Virus record (IMG/VR): IMGVR_UViG_3300005563_000030
Coordinates: 61,102-125,101 of that record
Length of the DNA stretch: 64,000 nt
Direction: 5' to 3' (one strand)
Source of the DNA: a virus
Shown here: in pieces, positions 1 through 9,738 of the stretch
How the letters are laid out: each line of letters starts with the position of its first letter
Numbering within the stretch: position 1 is the stretch's first letter
Notes under the pieces: generated by a model
What the model saw: only the letters and a program-made list of their open reading frames with translations
The model's database searches: none
What the model was told of the DNA's origin: nothing
Translations under genes and position numbers: made by a program

Positions 1-823
1 AACGAGTTTCATTTAAGTAGACAATATCTCCAACGTTGGTAGCAGTAGCAGGATCGAGACTCCAAATAGTGCCAGTAACGTTATTAGCAGATATAAAATA
101 TACTCTTCCGCCATCTTCAAAGGAATAGGCAGGTTCAGGTAAGTTATTAATTGTCTTACTTTCAAGTAAGTCGAGGTCTTCTGATTGACATTCGTAAGTG
201 TCAGCTATCCAGATGTAGTTAATACAATTAGATACAAGATTACAGAAGGCATCACCATATTGGTCTCTTATTTTATCAAGTAATGCTTGAATATTTAATG
301 TAGGTACAGCTACTAACAATCCACCTTGATTCTCCATAGTCACAGAAACAATACCATCTGAACCACCAATAAGTTGTTCTTCAAGATAGTCTGGTGTATC
401 TGTTGCATCTACTTTTAAGAGATAGTTCTCGTTATAAGCTTTAGCATAAACTCCATTAGCTCTTATTTCCAATTGGTTAAGAGGATCAGGAGAAACTTTT
501 AAATCAGCTTTTATTGTGTGATTGGCAGTACCACTAGCTTGCATATCAATACTAGGAGTATCTACAGGAGTGATAGGAACGTTAGCACTATTACCAAGAA
601 AATCATCAATAGCCTCAAAGATCTGCTCGGCAGTAGATCCATTTGGCATTCCTAGATTTTCTAGTTTTGAAGGTTCTGTTGTTGGAAGTGGATGATAAGT
701 GACGCACTTTGAATTAACTTCATAATCACAAGGATTACCCTCTCCACATTGTTCGCAGAAGGGCTGCTGTGATTCGCAGTTGCATCTTAAATAATCATTA
801 CCACATACTCCGCAATTAGGCAT
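1..823 (-). CDS. Putative virion structural protein with Cys-rich N-terminus (runs off window start)
   Basis: ATG at 823-821 reads MPNCGVCGNDYLRCNCESQQPFCEQC...; shares an ITPVDTPSIDMQASG..HTIKADLKVS-type segment with the neighbouring 837-1559 protein; structural module context. Confidence 0.6.
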   Translation of the reverse strand, partial: MPNCGVCGNDYLRCNCESQQPFCEQCGEGNPCDYEVNSKCVTYHPLPTTEPSKLENLGMPNGSTAEQIFEAIDDFLGNSANVPITPVDTPSIDMQASGTANHTIKADLKVSPDPLNQLEIRANGVYAKAYNENYLLKVDATDTPDYLEEQLIGGSDGIVSVTMENQGGLLVAVPTLNIQALLDKIRDQYGDAFCNLVSNCINYIWIADTYECQSEDLDLLESKTINNLPEPAYSFEDGGRVYFISANNVTGTIWSLDPATATNVGDIVYLNETR

Positions 824-836
824 ATTCTAAATTTTA

Positions 837-1559
837 TTATGATGTTGTAATAGTACGAGTAGTACCGTTAAGTCTGATTTTCAGACCTGTTGCAAGGCCA
901 ATATCTGTTCTATACCAGTATTGACCATCTAATGGAGTAGTAGGATCAGAAGTTACATTTCCTAAGAATCCTGATACTGGAGAGAAGAGAGCAGCGACGT
1001 TCACTGTATTACTTCCTACAAGACCAATTGTTTTGGCATTATAGTCAACTGTGAGAACCATTGGAGAAGCGAAAAGACCATCAGATTGAATTGAAAGTCT
1101 ATTACCAGATCCAGCAGAAATCTTTACATCAGCTTGAAGTGTATGACTAAGTGAACCAGAAGCTGTTAGGTTAACTGATTGTGTATCTGTCACAGTGATT
1201 GGAGTAGTAACCTCTCCTGCAACTGTGTCTATATCTGATGATAATTGACAAAGTTGTGTGTCTACTGCTTCAGCAAACTCCTTCATGGAGTTGATTGTAT
1301 AGTCAGCTCTTAAGCAAGGAAGATTAAAGTTAGCTGCTTTTATTTGACCAATATAAGGATCTACAGCTTCAGCGAACTGATTAAGAGTAGCTCCGTTTGT
1401 AAGAGCTAAGTTAGTAAGGTTAGTTACCTCATTATTATCTTTGTGGTAGATAGAGCAGTCCCAATCAAGCTGAATAGGACATCCTGTATTTGTATTACAA
1501 GGGTCACAGATTGAAACTGACTGATAAACTGGTTGAGAACCGCATCCGCATTCTGCCAT
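837..1559 (-). CDS. Putative virion structural/tail-associated protein
   Basis: 240 aa ORF, Cys-rich N-terminus, Thr/Ser/Gly-rich C-terminus, in late gene block. Confidence 0.55.
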   Translation of the reverse strand: MAECGCGSQPVYQSVSICDPCNTNTGCPIQLDWDCSIYHKDNNEVTNLTNLALTNGATLNQFAEAVDPYIGQIKAANFNLPCLRADYTINSMKEFAEAVDTQLCQLSSDIDTVAGEVTTPITVTDTQSVNLTASGSLSHTLQADVKISAGSGNRLSIQSDGLFASPMVLTVDYNAKTIGLVGSNTVNVAALFSPVSGFLGNVTSDPTTPLDGQYWYRTDIGLATGLKIRLNGTTRTITTS

Positions 1560-1577
1560 TGTTATAAATTTTTATTG

Positions 1578-2036
1578 TTATATTCCTAGTTCTGTCTTAA
1601 TCGCACATATCTCATTCTTGAATAATGTAAGGATAGATATAAGCGAGTAGGTGTTTGTACCTTGCTGACATGGAGCAGCGGAAGGAGCCAAACATCCTAA
1701 ATCAATTGTTATTAATTCGTTAGCTACATTAAGACTATTTAATTGTGTCTGAAGTGCTGTTACTGTTGCACTCAATGCACAGATCTTATCAGCATGAGCT
1801 TGAAGTATTGTCTTTACTGTTTTTGTAGTTGGTAAAGTACCACAAGTTAATGTTTGTGTAGCCATGTCTGTAGCTTGATTAAGATTATCTATTGCTATAG
1901 CAATCTTATCAAATACATCATTTATATCAGCGTCACATGCTGGTTGCTCATCTACTGATAAGAACTTTAAGTCTTTACCAGTAAACGGTATACAAGAAGA
2001 AGGTAAGATATTACCACATGAATATTTTCCAGGCAT
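1578..2036 (-). CDS. Putative structural protein (Cys-rich, coiled-coil)
   Basis: 152 aa ORF, heptad segment ICALSATVTALQTQLNSL, structural context. Confidence 0.5.
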   Translation of the reverse strand: MPGKYSCGNILPSSCIPFTGKDLKFLSVDEQPACDADINDVFDKIAIAIDNLNQATDMATQTLTCGTLPTTKTVKTILQAHADKICALSATVTALQTQLNSLNVANELITIDLGCLAPSAAPCQQGTNTYSLISILTLFKNEICAIKTELGI

Positions 2037-2187
2037 GATTATTTTTGTTTTTTATAAAGAATCTTACAGATTTTCTTTATATTATTTTGATCGTTTATAA
2101 ACTTCGCTTTCAAGAATTCTTCAGCTTTAAACCTACAATCATCTATCTCATACAAGTACTTACCTCGTATTCTTTCAGCGAAAGTGA

Positions 2188-2520
2188 TTAGTTGTTGTTG
2201 CATAAGTTTAGTGCTGTAATTACGGTTATAAAGCTTTCGATTTCTTCTAGTTCTTTTTCAAAGTAGCAAGGTTTACTTGCATAGTTCTTGGCAGAAAGGA
2301 GATAGCTTACGTAGCTATTTATTTGTCTTGTTGTTATATTAGGTATTTGTGTGTAGAGCCCTTGAGTTCTAATGCAATTTACTTTATCTAACCACAAGTC
2401 AACCTGCTCCATTGTATACGGACATTCTGAATTTACTTGTATACTTAAAGTAGTCTGTATTGTTGGAGTTACTGTTCTAGCTAACCTAGTACTACTTCTT
2501 CCACATGTTGAGCATCCCAT
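2188..2520 (-). CDS. Hypothetical protein
   Basis: 110 aa ORF coupled to upstream gene. Confidence 0.6.
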   Translation of the reverse strand: MGCSTCGRSSTRLARTVTPTIQTTLSIQVNSECPYTMEQVDLWLDKVNCIRTQGLYTQIPNITTRQINSYVSYLLSAKNYASKPCYFEKELEEIESFITVITALNLCNNN

Positions 2521-3071
2521 TATTTACAATTTTTATTGCAAATGCCTTCTTTTAATTCATTGATTAGCCTTTGCGCGGTTTGATAGAAGGAGTTAGCTTT
2601 CTTCTCATCTTTCTCTACCACAGCTTGAGCCCCAGTGATACAAGTATGTATTTCTACTAAGCTATACGATTTTATTCTATCTTCTTTGGTACTACAATCA
2701 GTGCTTTCTAATTGTAAGTAAAGATCATTTAGCTCCTTCTCTATCAGAGTGGTTCTAAAGTATTTCTTTACTATATAAGCATTTTCGTATGGACAGATTT
2801 TGTACTTGAAAGTATAAACACCATCTGGAAGATCAACTAGATATTCTTTATTCAGAATTTCTGTAAGTCCAATAGTATTAGAATTAAATGTATTTACTTT
2901 TCTAGCTACAACATTTACCAAGAAGTACTTATTGTAACCGGGAAGGGTAACTTCAAGAAGAGGCTTTTCAGGCTCTCTAAAATAATCAGATGAATCAATA
3001 AAGACAAGAGTTTTTGGATTCCCCGTAGGGATTATTTCAAAATCCAATATATGTTGTCTAAATCCCTTCAT
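2520..3071 (-). CDS. Putative structural protein
   Basis: 183 aa ORF with LPDGVYTFKY motif, seen in crAss-like/Bacteroidota phage virion proteins (from recall). Confidence 0.5.
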   Translation of the reverse strand: MKGFRQHILDFEIIPTGNPKTLVFIDSSDYFREPEKPLLEVTLPGYNKYFLVNVVARKVNTFNSNTIGLTEILNKEYLVDLPDGVYTFKYKICPYENAYIVKKYFRTTLIEKELNDLYLQLESTDCSTKEDRIKSYSLVEIHTCITGAQAVVEKDEKKANSFYQTAQRLINELKEGICNKNCK

Positions 3072-3075
3072 AAAA

Positions 3076-3113
3076 AGTTAATGGCAGGCAGGTATTAGCA
3101 CCCACCTGCCATT
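3076..3113 (-). terminator. Intrinsic terminator-like hairpin
   Basis: AATGGCAGG...CCTGCCATT inverted repeat downstream of 3136-5022. Confidence 0.55.
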
Positions 3114-3135
3114 TTATTAAAGATGAATAATGGTA

Positions 3136-5022
3136 TTAGTCTAAGTCTATCTCTACATCATTACCAACACTTTCAGCGTAAGTAACAAGAGCTTGTTGTA
3201 AAGCTCCACCAGAACCTTCTGGTACGTAGATAGCCCAATGATAAGAGTCAGTGTAAGTTTGTGACCATCCACCTACCTTATAAGAGAAGTCAAACTCAAT
3301 AGTAAACTGATCGTAGTAAGTTTGAGGGTTAGTTTGAAGAGCATAACCTTCAGCTTCACGTACAGCAGGATCTACTGATCTTTCTTCTAAGAAGTAGGAT
3401 AGAGATTTCTTTTCTTCATCACGAACACGAGCACCAACACCTTGAGGATATTTAACACTCTGTATTTCGCTTACTGGCCATCTATTCTCACAAGGACTAG
3501 CGTTGTAGTCAGCGTTGTATTCAGAAACTTGTAAGTGAATAGTATCAGCTTCATAAGGGAAATAGTCATAAGTACAATCTCCAGTGATACGATTTACAAA
3601 TGCTGTTTCGATTAACACACCAGCTTGGATATTTGTAGCAGGAGTTACTGCTGCTTCAACCCATTGAGCATTTCCAAAAGAAGGAATTGGTGCATAAACC
3701 AGTTCATCTACAGCACAATCTACAGCAGCAGGAGCAGAAAGGATTGTAGTAGTGTATTGGTGAATACAATCTACTGGACCATCAGCTTCTTGTGTAATTG
3801 TAAGATCAGGATAGTAAGCCTGTAATTCGGCAAGACGAGAAGTACCACAAACTGTATCTTGTAGAGTGATATGATATGTTTTAGGGAAAGCAAACAGATC
3901 ACCTACGTCAGACCATGCAGTAGTAGTTGGAGTAGTTAATACACAACGACCTTTAGCAGCACCTAAGAATTGAATACTATCATTAGCACCTATTGCAGCT
4001 TGGTTAGCAGTATTAGATATTAAGATGTAAGTTGATAAACCATTAGGAGCATCACGTAATACACGAGTTGTACTTTCACCAGCAGCAGAGATACCGTAGG
4101 CAGTGCTCACAGCGGTTAAGGCAGTACCATCACCTGCGTCAGCACGTACCAGTACGTAAATATAACCAGCAGCATTAGAAGTGTAACCAGCAGGACAAGT
4201 ACCGCAATCATTGATTACGAACAATCCGGCATTAGTGAAGTTAGCAGGAGCACCACCAGTTTTGATAATCTGATAAGTACTGATGATACCATCACGAGAA
4301 ATACGTGTTACACTTTGTCCAACATACTGTACTTGTACAGCAGCCAGAGAAGCATCGTCACCGTTGTCAGCGATAGCTAAGTTGTAAACGTTGTAAGTAG
4401 TAGCACCAGAAGTGTCCAGAGCTGAACTTAACACCTTACGAGCACGGAATAGTTGACCACCACCAGCGCTCCATTTAGGATCGTTGTTGATCTTCTCAAC
4501 CAGAATGTCAGCCAGAACTGAAGGATCTACGTCTGCACAAGAATCTCCACCACACTCATCGCAGCAACCTGTGTCGATACGATATTGACGGATGAAACCT
4601 TGATTGTTATAAAGTTTGTCAATTGGGTTACCTGTTGCTTTAACATACACTGTACGAACTTCACCGCAACGAGCAGATAAAGTTTTAGTTGTGTCAATAC
4701 CATCGAAACCTACAGCTACAACTTGGTTCTGACCACGAGAAGCTGATTTACGACGGATTTTCTTCAACAGTTTACCTTTAACCAACTTAGAAAGTTGATT
4801 AGTTTGTGGGATTCCAGCCATTAAAGGCAAGTGACTTACATCGGGCATCCCTTGACCGATGTAGAGTGCTTTGTTATTCGCATAAGTGGGAGCTGAAGTA
4901 GCTGCGTAGGTATTTCCATCGAAAATACCAACTTGGCCTACTGCGAGATCCACGGTTGTACCTGATGCGAGTAAGACAGGAGTGTTTGTTACAAACACGC
5001 GTCTAAACGATTGATTCTGCAT
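3136..5022 (-). CDS. Large virion protein (auxiliary capsid/decoration-like)
   Basis: 628 aa, A/T/G-rich, highly biased codons, three genes downstream of the MCP as in crAss-like gene order. Confidence 0.6.
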   Translation of the reverse strand: MQNQSFRRVFVTNTPVLLASGTTVDLAVGQVGIFDGNTYAATSAPTYANNKALYIGQGMPDVSHLPLMAGIPQTNQLSKLVKGKLLKKIRRKSASRGQNQVVAVGFDGIDTTKTLSARCGEVRTVYVKATGNPIDKLYNNQGFIRQYRIDTGCCDECGGDSCADVDPSVLADILVEKINNDPKWSAGGGQLFRARKVLSSALDTSGATTYNVYNLAIADNGDDASLAAVQVQYVGQSVTRISRDGIISTYQIIKTGGAPANFTNAGLFVINDCGTCPAGYTSNAAGYIYVLVRADAGDGTALTAVSTAYGISAAGESTTRVLRDAPNGLSTYILISNTANQAAIGANDSIQFLGAAKGRCVLTTPTTTAWSDVGDLFAFPKTYHITLQDTVCGTSRLAELQAYYPDLTITQEADGPVDCIHQYTTTILSAPAAVDCAVDELVYAPIPSFGNAQWVEAAVTPATNIQAGVLIETAFVNRITGDCTYDYFPYEADTIHLQVSEYNADYNASPCENRWPVSEIQSVKYPQGVGARVRDEEKKSLSYFLEERSVDPAVREAEGYALQTNPQTYYDQFTIEFDFSYKVGGWSQTYTDSYHWAIYVPEGSGGALQQALVTYAESVGNDVEIDLD

Positions 5023-5045
5023 CTGTTGTTATTGTTTTAAAATTA

Positions 5046-5720
5046 TTATTTTTTTTCTGCTAATATACGATCTTGAGCGAGTTGAAATCCTTCAGGATTT
5101 TCATATCTTCTTATAACTTCTCTTACGCAACGGTTTAAGATTTCATCAACATAAGTATCTGAAAGATCAGGATTCTTATTAGAAGAAGGTGTACCATCGA
5201 GTTTGATATATCCTTCGATGTCAATATCACCTACTGCTCTATAGTAAGATGCGAATACCTTATCTATATTAAAATCTTTTTTGTATACAAAGAGCTTATT
5301 ATCAGACAAATCTACGATAGTTTCTTCAAAGTCTAAAGAGGGCTGAGTATTAGTGCTCTCTAATAGCATATTTTCATTCTTAGGCTTAAATGGAATATTC
5401 CTAATTATGATACTTGGGCAATTAGTGCTAGAGCAGTAAGAATAAGAACTTATATAGTTGAAGAAATTATCAGGTAGGGCGAAAACATCAAACTCTACGT
5501 CGCTATATAAACGTTCTAATTCTTTACGTTTAATTTGTACCTCTTGAAGATCTTGGACATTATCTGAAGATTGATATTTTTCTATCTTTTCTTTAAGCCA
5601 CGCATCCTTCTGTTCACGATATAGAAGTACAAATTCACCTTTGTTAATATCAACGTCGGTGTTTGTATCATTCTTATTTACCTTGAGCTGAAAAGATTTG
5701 AAAGCTTCAATAGATGTCAT
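5046..5720 (-). CDS. Putative head-tail connector (ring) protein
   Basis: 224 aa; FALPDNFFNYI and PDLSDTYVDEILNRCV resemble crAss-like ring proteins; conserved position. Confidence 0.55.
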   Translation of the reverse strand: MTSIEAFKSFQLKVNKNDTNTDVDINKGEFVLLYREQKDAWLKEKIEKYQSSDNVQDLQEVQIKRKELERLYSDVEFDVFALPDNFFNYISSYSYCSSTNCPSIIIRNIPFKPKNENMLLESTNTQPSLDFEETIVDLSDNKLFVYKKDFNIDKVFASYYRAVGDIDIEGYIKLDGTPSSNKNPDLSDTYVDEILNRCVREVIRRYENPEGFQLAQDRILAEKK

Positions 5721-5731
5721 TCTTTATTATT

Positions 5732-6619
5732 TTATCCGAACATACGCTTCTCTTCCAGTTCTTCCTTAATAGAAGCGAATTCGTTGGCATTTTCTGGAGA
5801 ACTTAAGAACTTGATTACGTCCTTCATATTCTTACCATAAGTAGCATTACCACGTTGGTAATAGTTATCTCTAATACGGATTACGTGTTTAGCTACAGCT
5901 TCATCAATGATTAATTTGTATTGCAGTTCTTCAATTGTCTTAGAAGTCGCTTCATTGAATCTACGTAGAATAGTACCTTCCTTATCATTAGTAAGACTTT
6001 CTCTGAGTATATTATAAATGGCGTCAGCACTCATTGAGTCTTTCACCTTGGTACCATGGACATATTTACCAATTACTACCAGTTTATTTTTATTCTCAGC
6101 CATGTTGTACAATGCTGCAATAGCCTTGTCACGTTCCTTACTCTTAATCGCTTTTGAGCCTTCTTCTGTTTCAGATCTGTGAACATAGAACTTAGTATTA
6201 GCAAGATCAGGATTATTACGTGCATCCAGTTCAGGAGCAGCATAATCGTTAGCTAATAAAACGTAGTACTTTATACGATCTGTAGCAAGGTCAAAATTAA
6301 GACCAAGTTTATCTATAATCTTTATGTAGTATGTGTCCCAGTACTTGGAAGTAGCAGAAAGGTCTAAGTTTGTCAGACGTTCCAACTCTTGTCTAAGTTC
6401 AAGAATTTCTTCTTTACGTTCAGCACGTAATACTGGATCATTAATACGATTTACTGAGAGAGCATTTTCATCAAGACCTGTAACCCATCTACCATCAGGG
6501 GTACGACCGGGTTGCATGATTTCAAATGTAGTAGGAAATTTACTCCTATTATATTTATCCAATCCTATTGATTGGGCGCTTTGGTCAGGAGTTTGTTTCA
6601 CTTCAATTAATGTACTCAT
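5732..6619 (-). CDS. Conserved crAss-like protein downstream of MCP
   Basis: 295 aa, GRWVTGLDE..YW motif, position directly after capsid gene. Confidence 0.55.
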   Translation of the reverse strand: MSTLIEVKQTPDQSAQSIGLDKYNRSKFPTTFEIMQPGRTPDGRWVTGLDENALSVNRINDPVLRAERKEEILELRQELERLTNLDLSATSKYWDTYYIKIIDKLGLNFDLATDRIKYYVLLANDYAAPELDARNNPDLANTKFYVHRSETEEGSKAIKSKERDKAIAALYNMAENKNKLVVIGKYVHGTKVKDSMSADAIYNILRESLTNDKEGTILRRFNEATSKTIEELQYKLIIDEAVAKHVIRIRDNYYQRGNATYGKNMKDVIKFLSSPENANEFASIKEELEEKRMFG

Positions 6620-6705
6620 TATTTGTTTGGTTTTGAGGCATTACGCCAATAAGTTAAAAGAGAGTTGTTAGGCACAACTCTCAAAGCCAGTAATTATAAT
6701 CAAGA

Positions 6706-8334
6706 TTAAGACAACGTTCTTTTCTTCTCGATGATTACAGAACGAGTAGCGTCCTTCAGCCAGATAGAACTCATGTTCTTCATCCAGATGGCATAACCAT
6801 CACGTTGAGAGCTAGAGTAGATTGGACCTTTAGTACCCAGCGGAGAGTGTGTACCCAGTTCGTAACCCCAGATAGTATCTGAGTAACCTTCTGTTTTAAT
6901 CATCACCAAGTTAGAAGCGCTGTTAAAGCCATCTTCTACACGGTAATCAACTTCACGGATTTTACCAGCAGCGTTTGAAGTACCACCATCAGTAATATCT
7001 AAGATCATCAGAGTGTAAGACTCGATTGGGAATTCACCAATCAAACCGTCTTGAACACGATTGTAGTGGTTATCAAGAGCAGGGTTATACTCGAAAACAA
7101 CTTCACCAGCTACAGGGAAACGCTTAGATGTGAATCTGAATCCATAGCCCAGATTCATAGAGTTACCATATAAGTAACCTTTAACATCACCAGCAGTAAC
7201 CAAGAACGGATTTTGGTGTTTGAAGTCGTCAGCCAGTAATTTGCTGATCTCAATCATGGCACCAGTACCAACCATGATTTTAGTTCTACGTTGTTCAAAT
7301 GGAACACCTGAATTGTAGAATAAGTTAGAAAGAGTTTCTTCGATGAGAGCCAGTGTAAGGTTTGTGTATTGTACACGGTTACCATTTCTCATTTGCTCAT
7401 ATAAACCAGTGTTTACACGAACAGAACGATTACCAGAACCAGTTACGATACCACCTTTGTTCCACATCAAGTCTTTTTCTTCCATCATTTTCATCTCAGC
7501 CCACAACATAGCTTCAACACGGTTCATCCATTTAGTAGAACCTGGAATACGATTACCATATTGGTCTTTGTTGAAGAATACAAGAGTAGAGTTGTTTCTA
7601 CGAAGGTCAGAGTATTGGTTCAGATAACCATAACGTGGATCACCACCGTCAACCTTCAGCATGTCAGCGTAAGCAGTAATCCAGTGGTAAACTGAACGTC
7701 CGCCTCCAAGTTGCATTTCGAGGTCCAAAGAACCTTGACGCAGCCAGATGCTAGATTTTTGAGTGTCGTTCTCACCGTTTACGTTAGTGATCTTACAGAA
7801 CTCTGTACCGGGTTGTAAGAAACGTTTAGGGAAAGACTTAGTCTTGTTAGAAGTAGGTATTGTTACTGTGTATACCCAACCGTCACTTTCTTCATAAATT
7901 TCGTCTTCTGTAACGTAGAGGGTAACACCATCACGATAGTCGTAGGTAATAATGTCTGTATTAGTGAAACAGTTCTCACTAAGTTTGATCTTGAACTTCT
8001 GTCCGTCGATACCGGGACGTTCTACGTCACCAGTCATATCCTCTACTACATAGGGCATACCTAAGTCGTAAGGAATGCTATAACGGAATTTACCTTCAGC
8101 ACCATTTACATAGGTTACAGAGTTGTTCATCTCAGTAAGAGAGATCAACGGAGTGTTCATCAGTTTACGCTGATTCCACAGATAGATCATACCCTTGTAA
8201 GTAGTGAAAGAATCTTTCTTGTACAGGCTATAAAGACTGTTCAAGTCGGTAAACTTGTTCACATCAAACTTAGTCTGGCCCACAACTACGGAGTTGTTAA
8301 AACCTGTCAGACTTGGTGTTTGAATCTTTGGCAT
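6706..8334 (-). CDS. Major capsid protein (crAss-like)
   Basis: 542 aa; PGIDGQKFKIKL, DGWVYTV, LMWNKG, GLYEQM motifs; strongest codon bias; portal-scaffold-MCP order. Confidence 0.85.
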   Translation of the reverse strand: MPKIQTPSLTGFNNSVVVGQTKFDVNKFTDLNSLYSLYKKDSFTTYKGMIYLWNQRKLMNTPLISLTEMNNSVTYVNGAEGKFRYSIPYDLGMPYVVEDMTGDVERPGIDGQKFKIKLSENCFTNTDIITYDYRDGVTLYVTEDEIYEESDGWVYTVTIPTSNKTKSFPKRFLQPGTEFCKITNVNGENDTQKSSIWLRQGSLDLEMQLGGGRSVYHWITAYADMLKVDGGDPRYGYLNQYSDLRRNNSTLVFFNKDQYGNRIPGSTKWMNRVEAMLWAEMKMMEEKDLMWNKGGIVTGSGNRSVRVNTGLYEQMRNGNRVQYTNLTLALIEETLSNLFYNSGVPFEQRRTKIMVGTGAMIEISKLLADDFKHQNPFLVTAGDVKGYLYGNSMNLGYGFRFTSKRFPVAGEVVFEYNPALDNHYNRVQDGLIGEFPIESYTLMILDITDGGTSNAAGKIREVDYRVEDGFNSASNLVMIKTEGYSDTIWGYELGTHSPLGTKGPIYSSSQRDGYAIWMKNMSSIWLKDATRSVIIEKKRTLS

Positions 8335-8357
8335 TGTTTAAATTTTAATTTTTAGGT

Positions 8358-9641
8358 TTAAATATTTCTCTTTGGAACGCCAAAGTCAAAACCTGTGACC
8401 TTGTCATTCTTTCTTATTTGTTCGTAAGATGAACCTTTTTTGTTGCTTACTGCGCCATTACCTTTAATGAAATTGTAAGCGTTTGCTGTAGCTTTATTTT
8501 TTTCTCTAGTTGCTACACGTTCGTTGTATTTAGCTTTGTCATTTACAAACATTACTAACTCAATATAGTCAGCAGGATTAGTTTGCATCTTAGCAAAGTT
8601 TACGTAGAACTTATTTACTAGATTACCATTTGGTAATTTCTGATCGTAACGTAAAAGTTGATCTTCTACCATTTTCTTTTCAGTAGGAGTAAGATCTTTA
8701 CGTTCCTTAATAGCAGAGCGAATGTTTGTTTCAAATGCTTGTTCTGCTTCTTTTTGACGTTGAACGTGATCTTCACGCTCTTTACTTAAACGACTTACTT
8801 CTTTTTGATAGTAAGCATTAAAGTGATCTTTTACTTCTTTAGCTTCGTCTTCAAGTTCATTTGAAAGAACTAAGTTAGAAATGAATTTATCAGCCTTCTC
8901 AGGTTTCCATCCCATTACTTCTGTGTAATAGTGTTTGATAATTCCTTTCTGACCGTCGATATTATCAATATCAATTGAATTCAATTGTTTCTGTTCTTTG
9001 AAGAGGTCGATTACTTCGTCTGGATTTCCACCATTCTTAGCAAACTCAATGATAGCTTTACCATAAGGTCCAGTACTATCTACCATCTCCTCGAACATAC
9101 TTTGTAGACGACGAGTATCTTGTTCAAGAACTAATTTAGCGTAGGTTTCTTCATCCAATTCGAGCTCTTCGCGACCTTCAAAGTCTTCCCAAGCTCCTTG
9201 CTGGATTAGGTAATCCATAGTGTTTTTTAGAACTGAGAGAACTCCTGTTTTTTCTTCCTGAGCCTGCTCTTGTTTTTCAGCACGCTTAGATTTTTTAGGC
9301 TTGTCTTCATCTTCAACTTCTTCATCCTCATCTACCTCAGCTTCTTCGTTCTCGTTGTAGTCATCAAATTCTTCAATATCTGTATCGGCAAATTCATCTT
9401 CAATGACATCTTCTTGTCTAGCTTTAGGTTGTTTAGGTACAGCCTCTTTCTTTTTCTTTTGAACTGGTACTTCTTCTTCAAATTCTTCATCATCTTCTAC
9501 TTCAGATTGAGCCTGTTTAGAAGGTTGACGCTTACTTCCAAGAAGTGTCTCAGCGTTTACTGTTTTATCTGGAGTTTCGTCAAACAATTGATCTAACGCG
9601 TCTTCCGAGATGTCAACAATTCTTGTTTCTAGTCCATCCAT
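8358..9641 (-). CDS. Putative scaffolding protein (acidic, coiled-coil)
   Basis: 427 aa, very acidic N-terminus, between portal and MCP. Confidence 0.6.
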   Translation of the reverse strand: MDGLETRIVDISEDALDQLFDETPDKTVNAETLLGSKRQPSKQAQSEVEDDEEFEEEVPVQKKKKEAVPKQPKARQEDVIEDEFADTDIEEFDDYNENEEAEVDEDEEVEDEDKPKKSKRAEKQEQAQEEKTGVLSVLKNTMDYLIQQGAWEDFEGREELELDEETYAKLVLEQDTRRLQSMFEEMVDSTGPYGKAIIEFAKNGGNPDEVIDLFKEQKQLNSIDIDNIDGQKGIIKHYYTEVMGWKPEKADKFISNLVLSNELEDEAKEVKDHFNAYYQKEVSRLSKEREDHVQRQKEAEQAFETNIRSAIKERKDLTPTEKKMVEDQLLRYDQKLPNGNLVNKFYVNFAKMQTNPADYIELVMFVNDKAKYNERVATREKNKATANAYNFIKGNGAVSNKKGSSYEQIRKNDKVTGFDFGVPKRNI

Positions 9642-9738
9642 TGTATTAATTGGTTTTATAAATTACAGAATGCAAACTTAGATAATTATTTATGATTACA
9701 CAAATCACGACACCATACTCACTAATACATAGCATTTC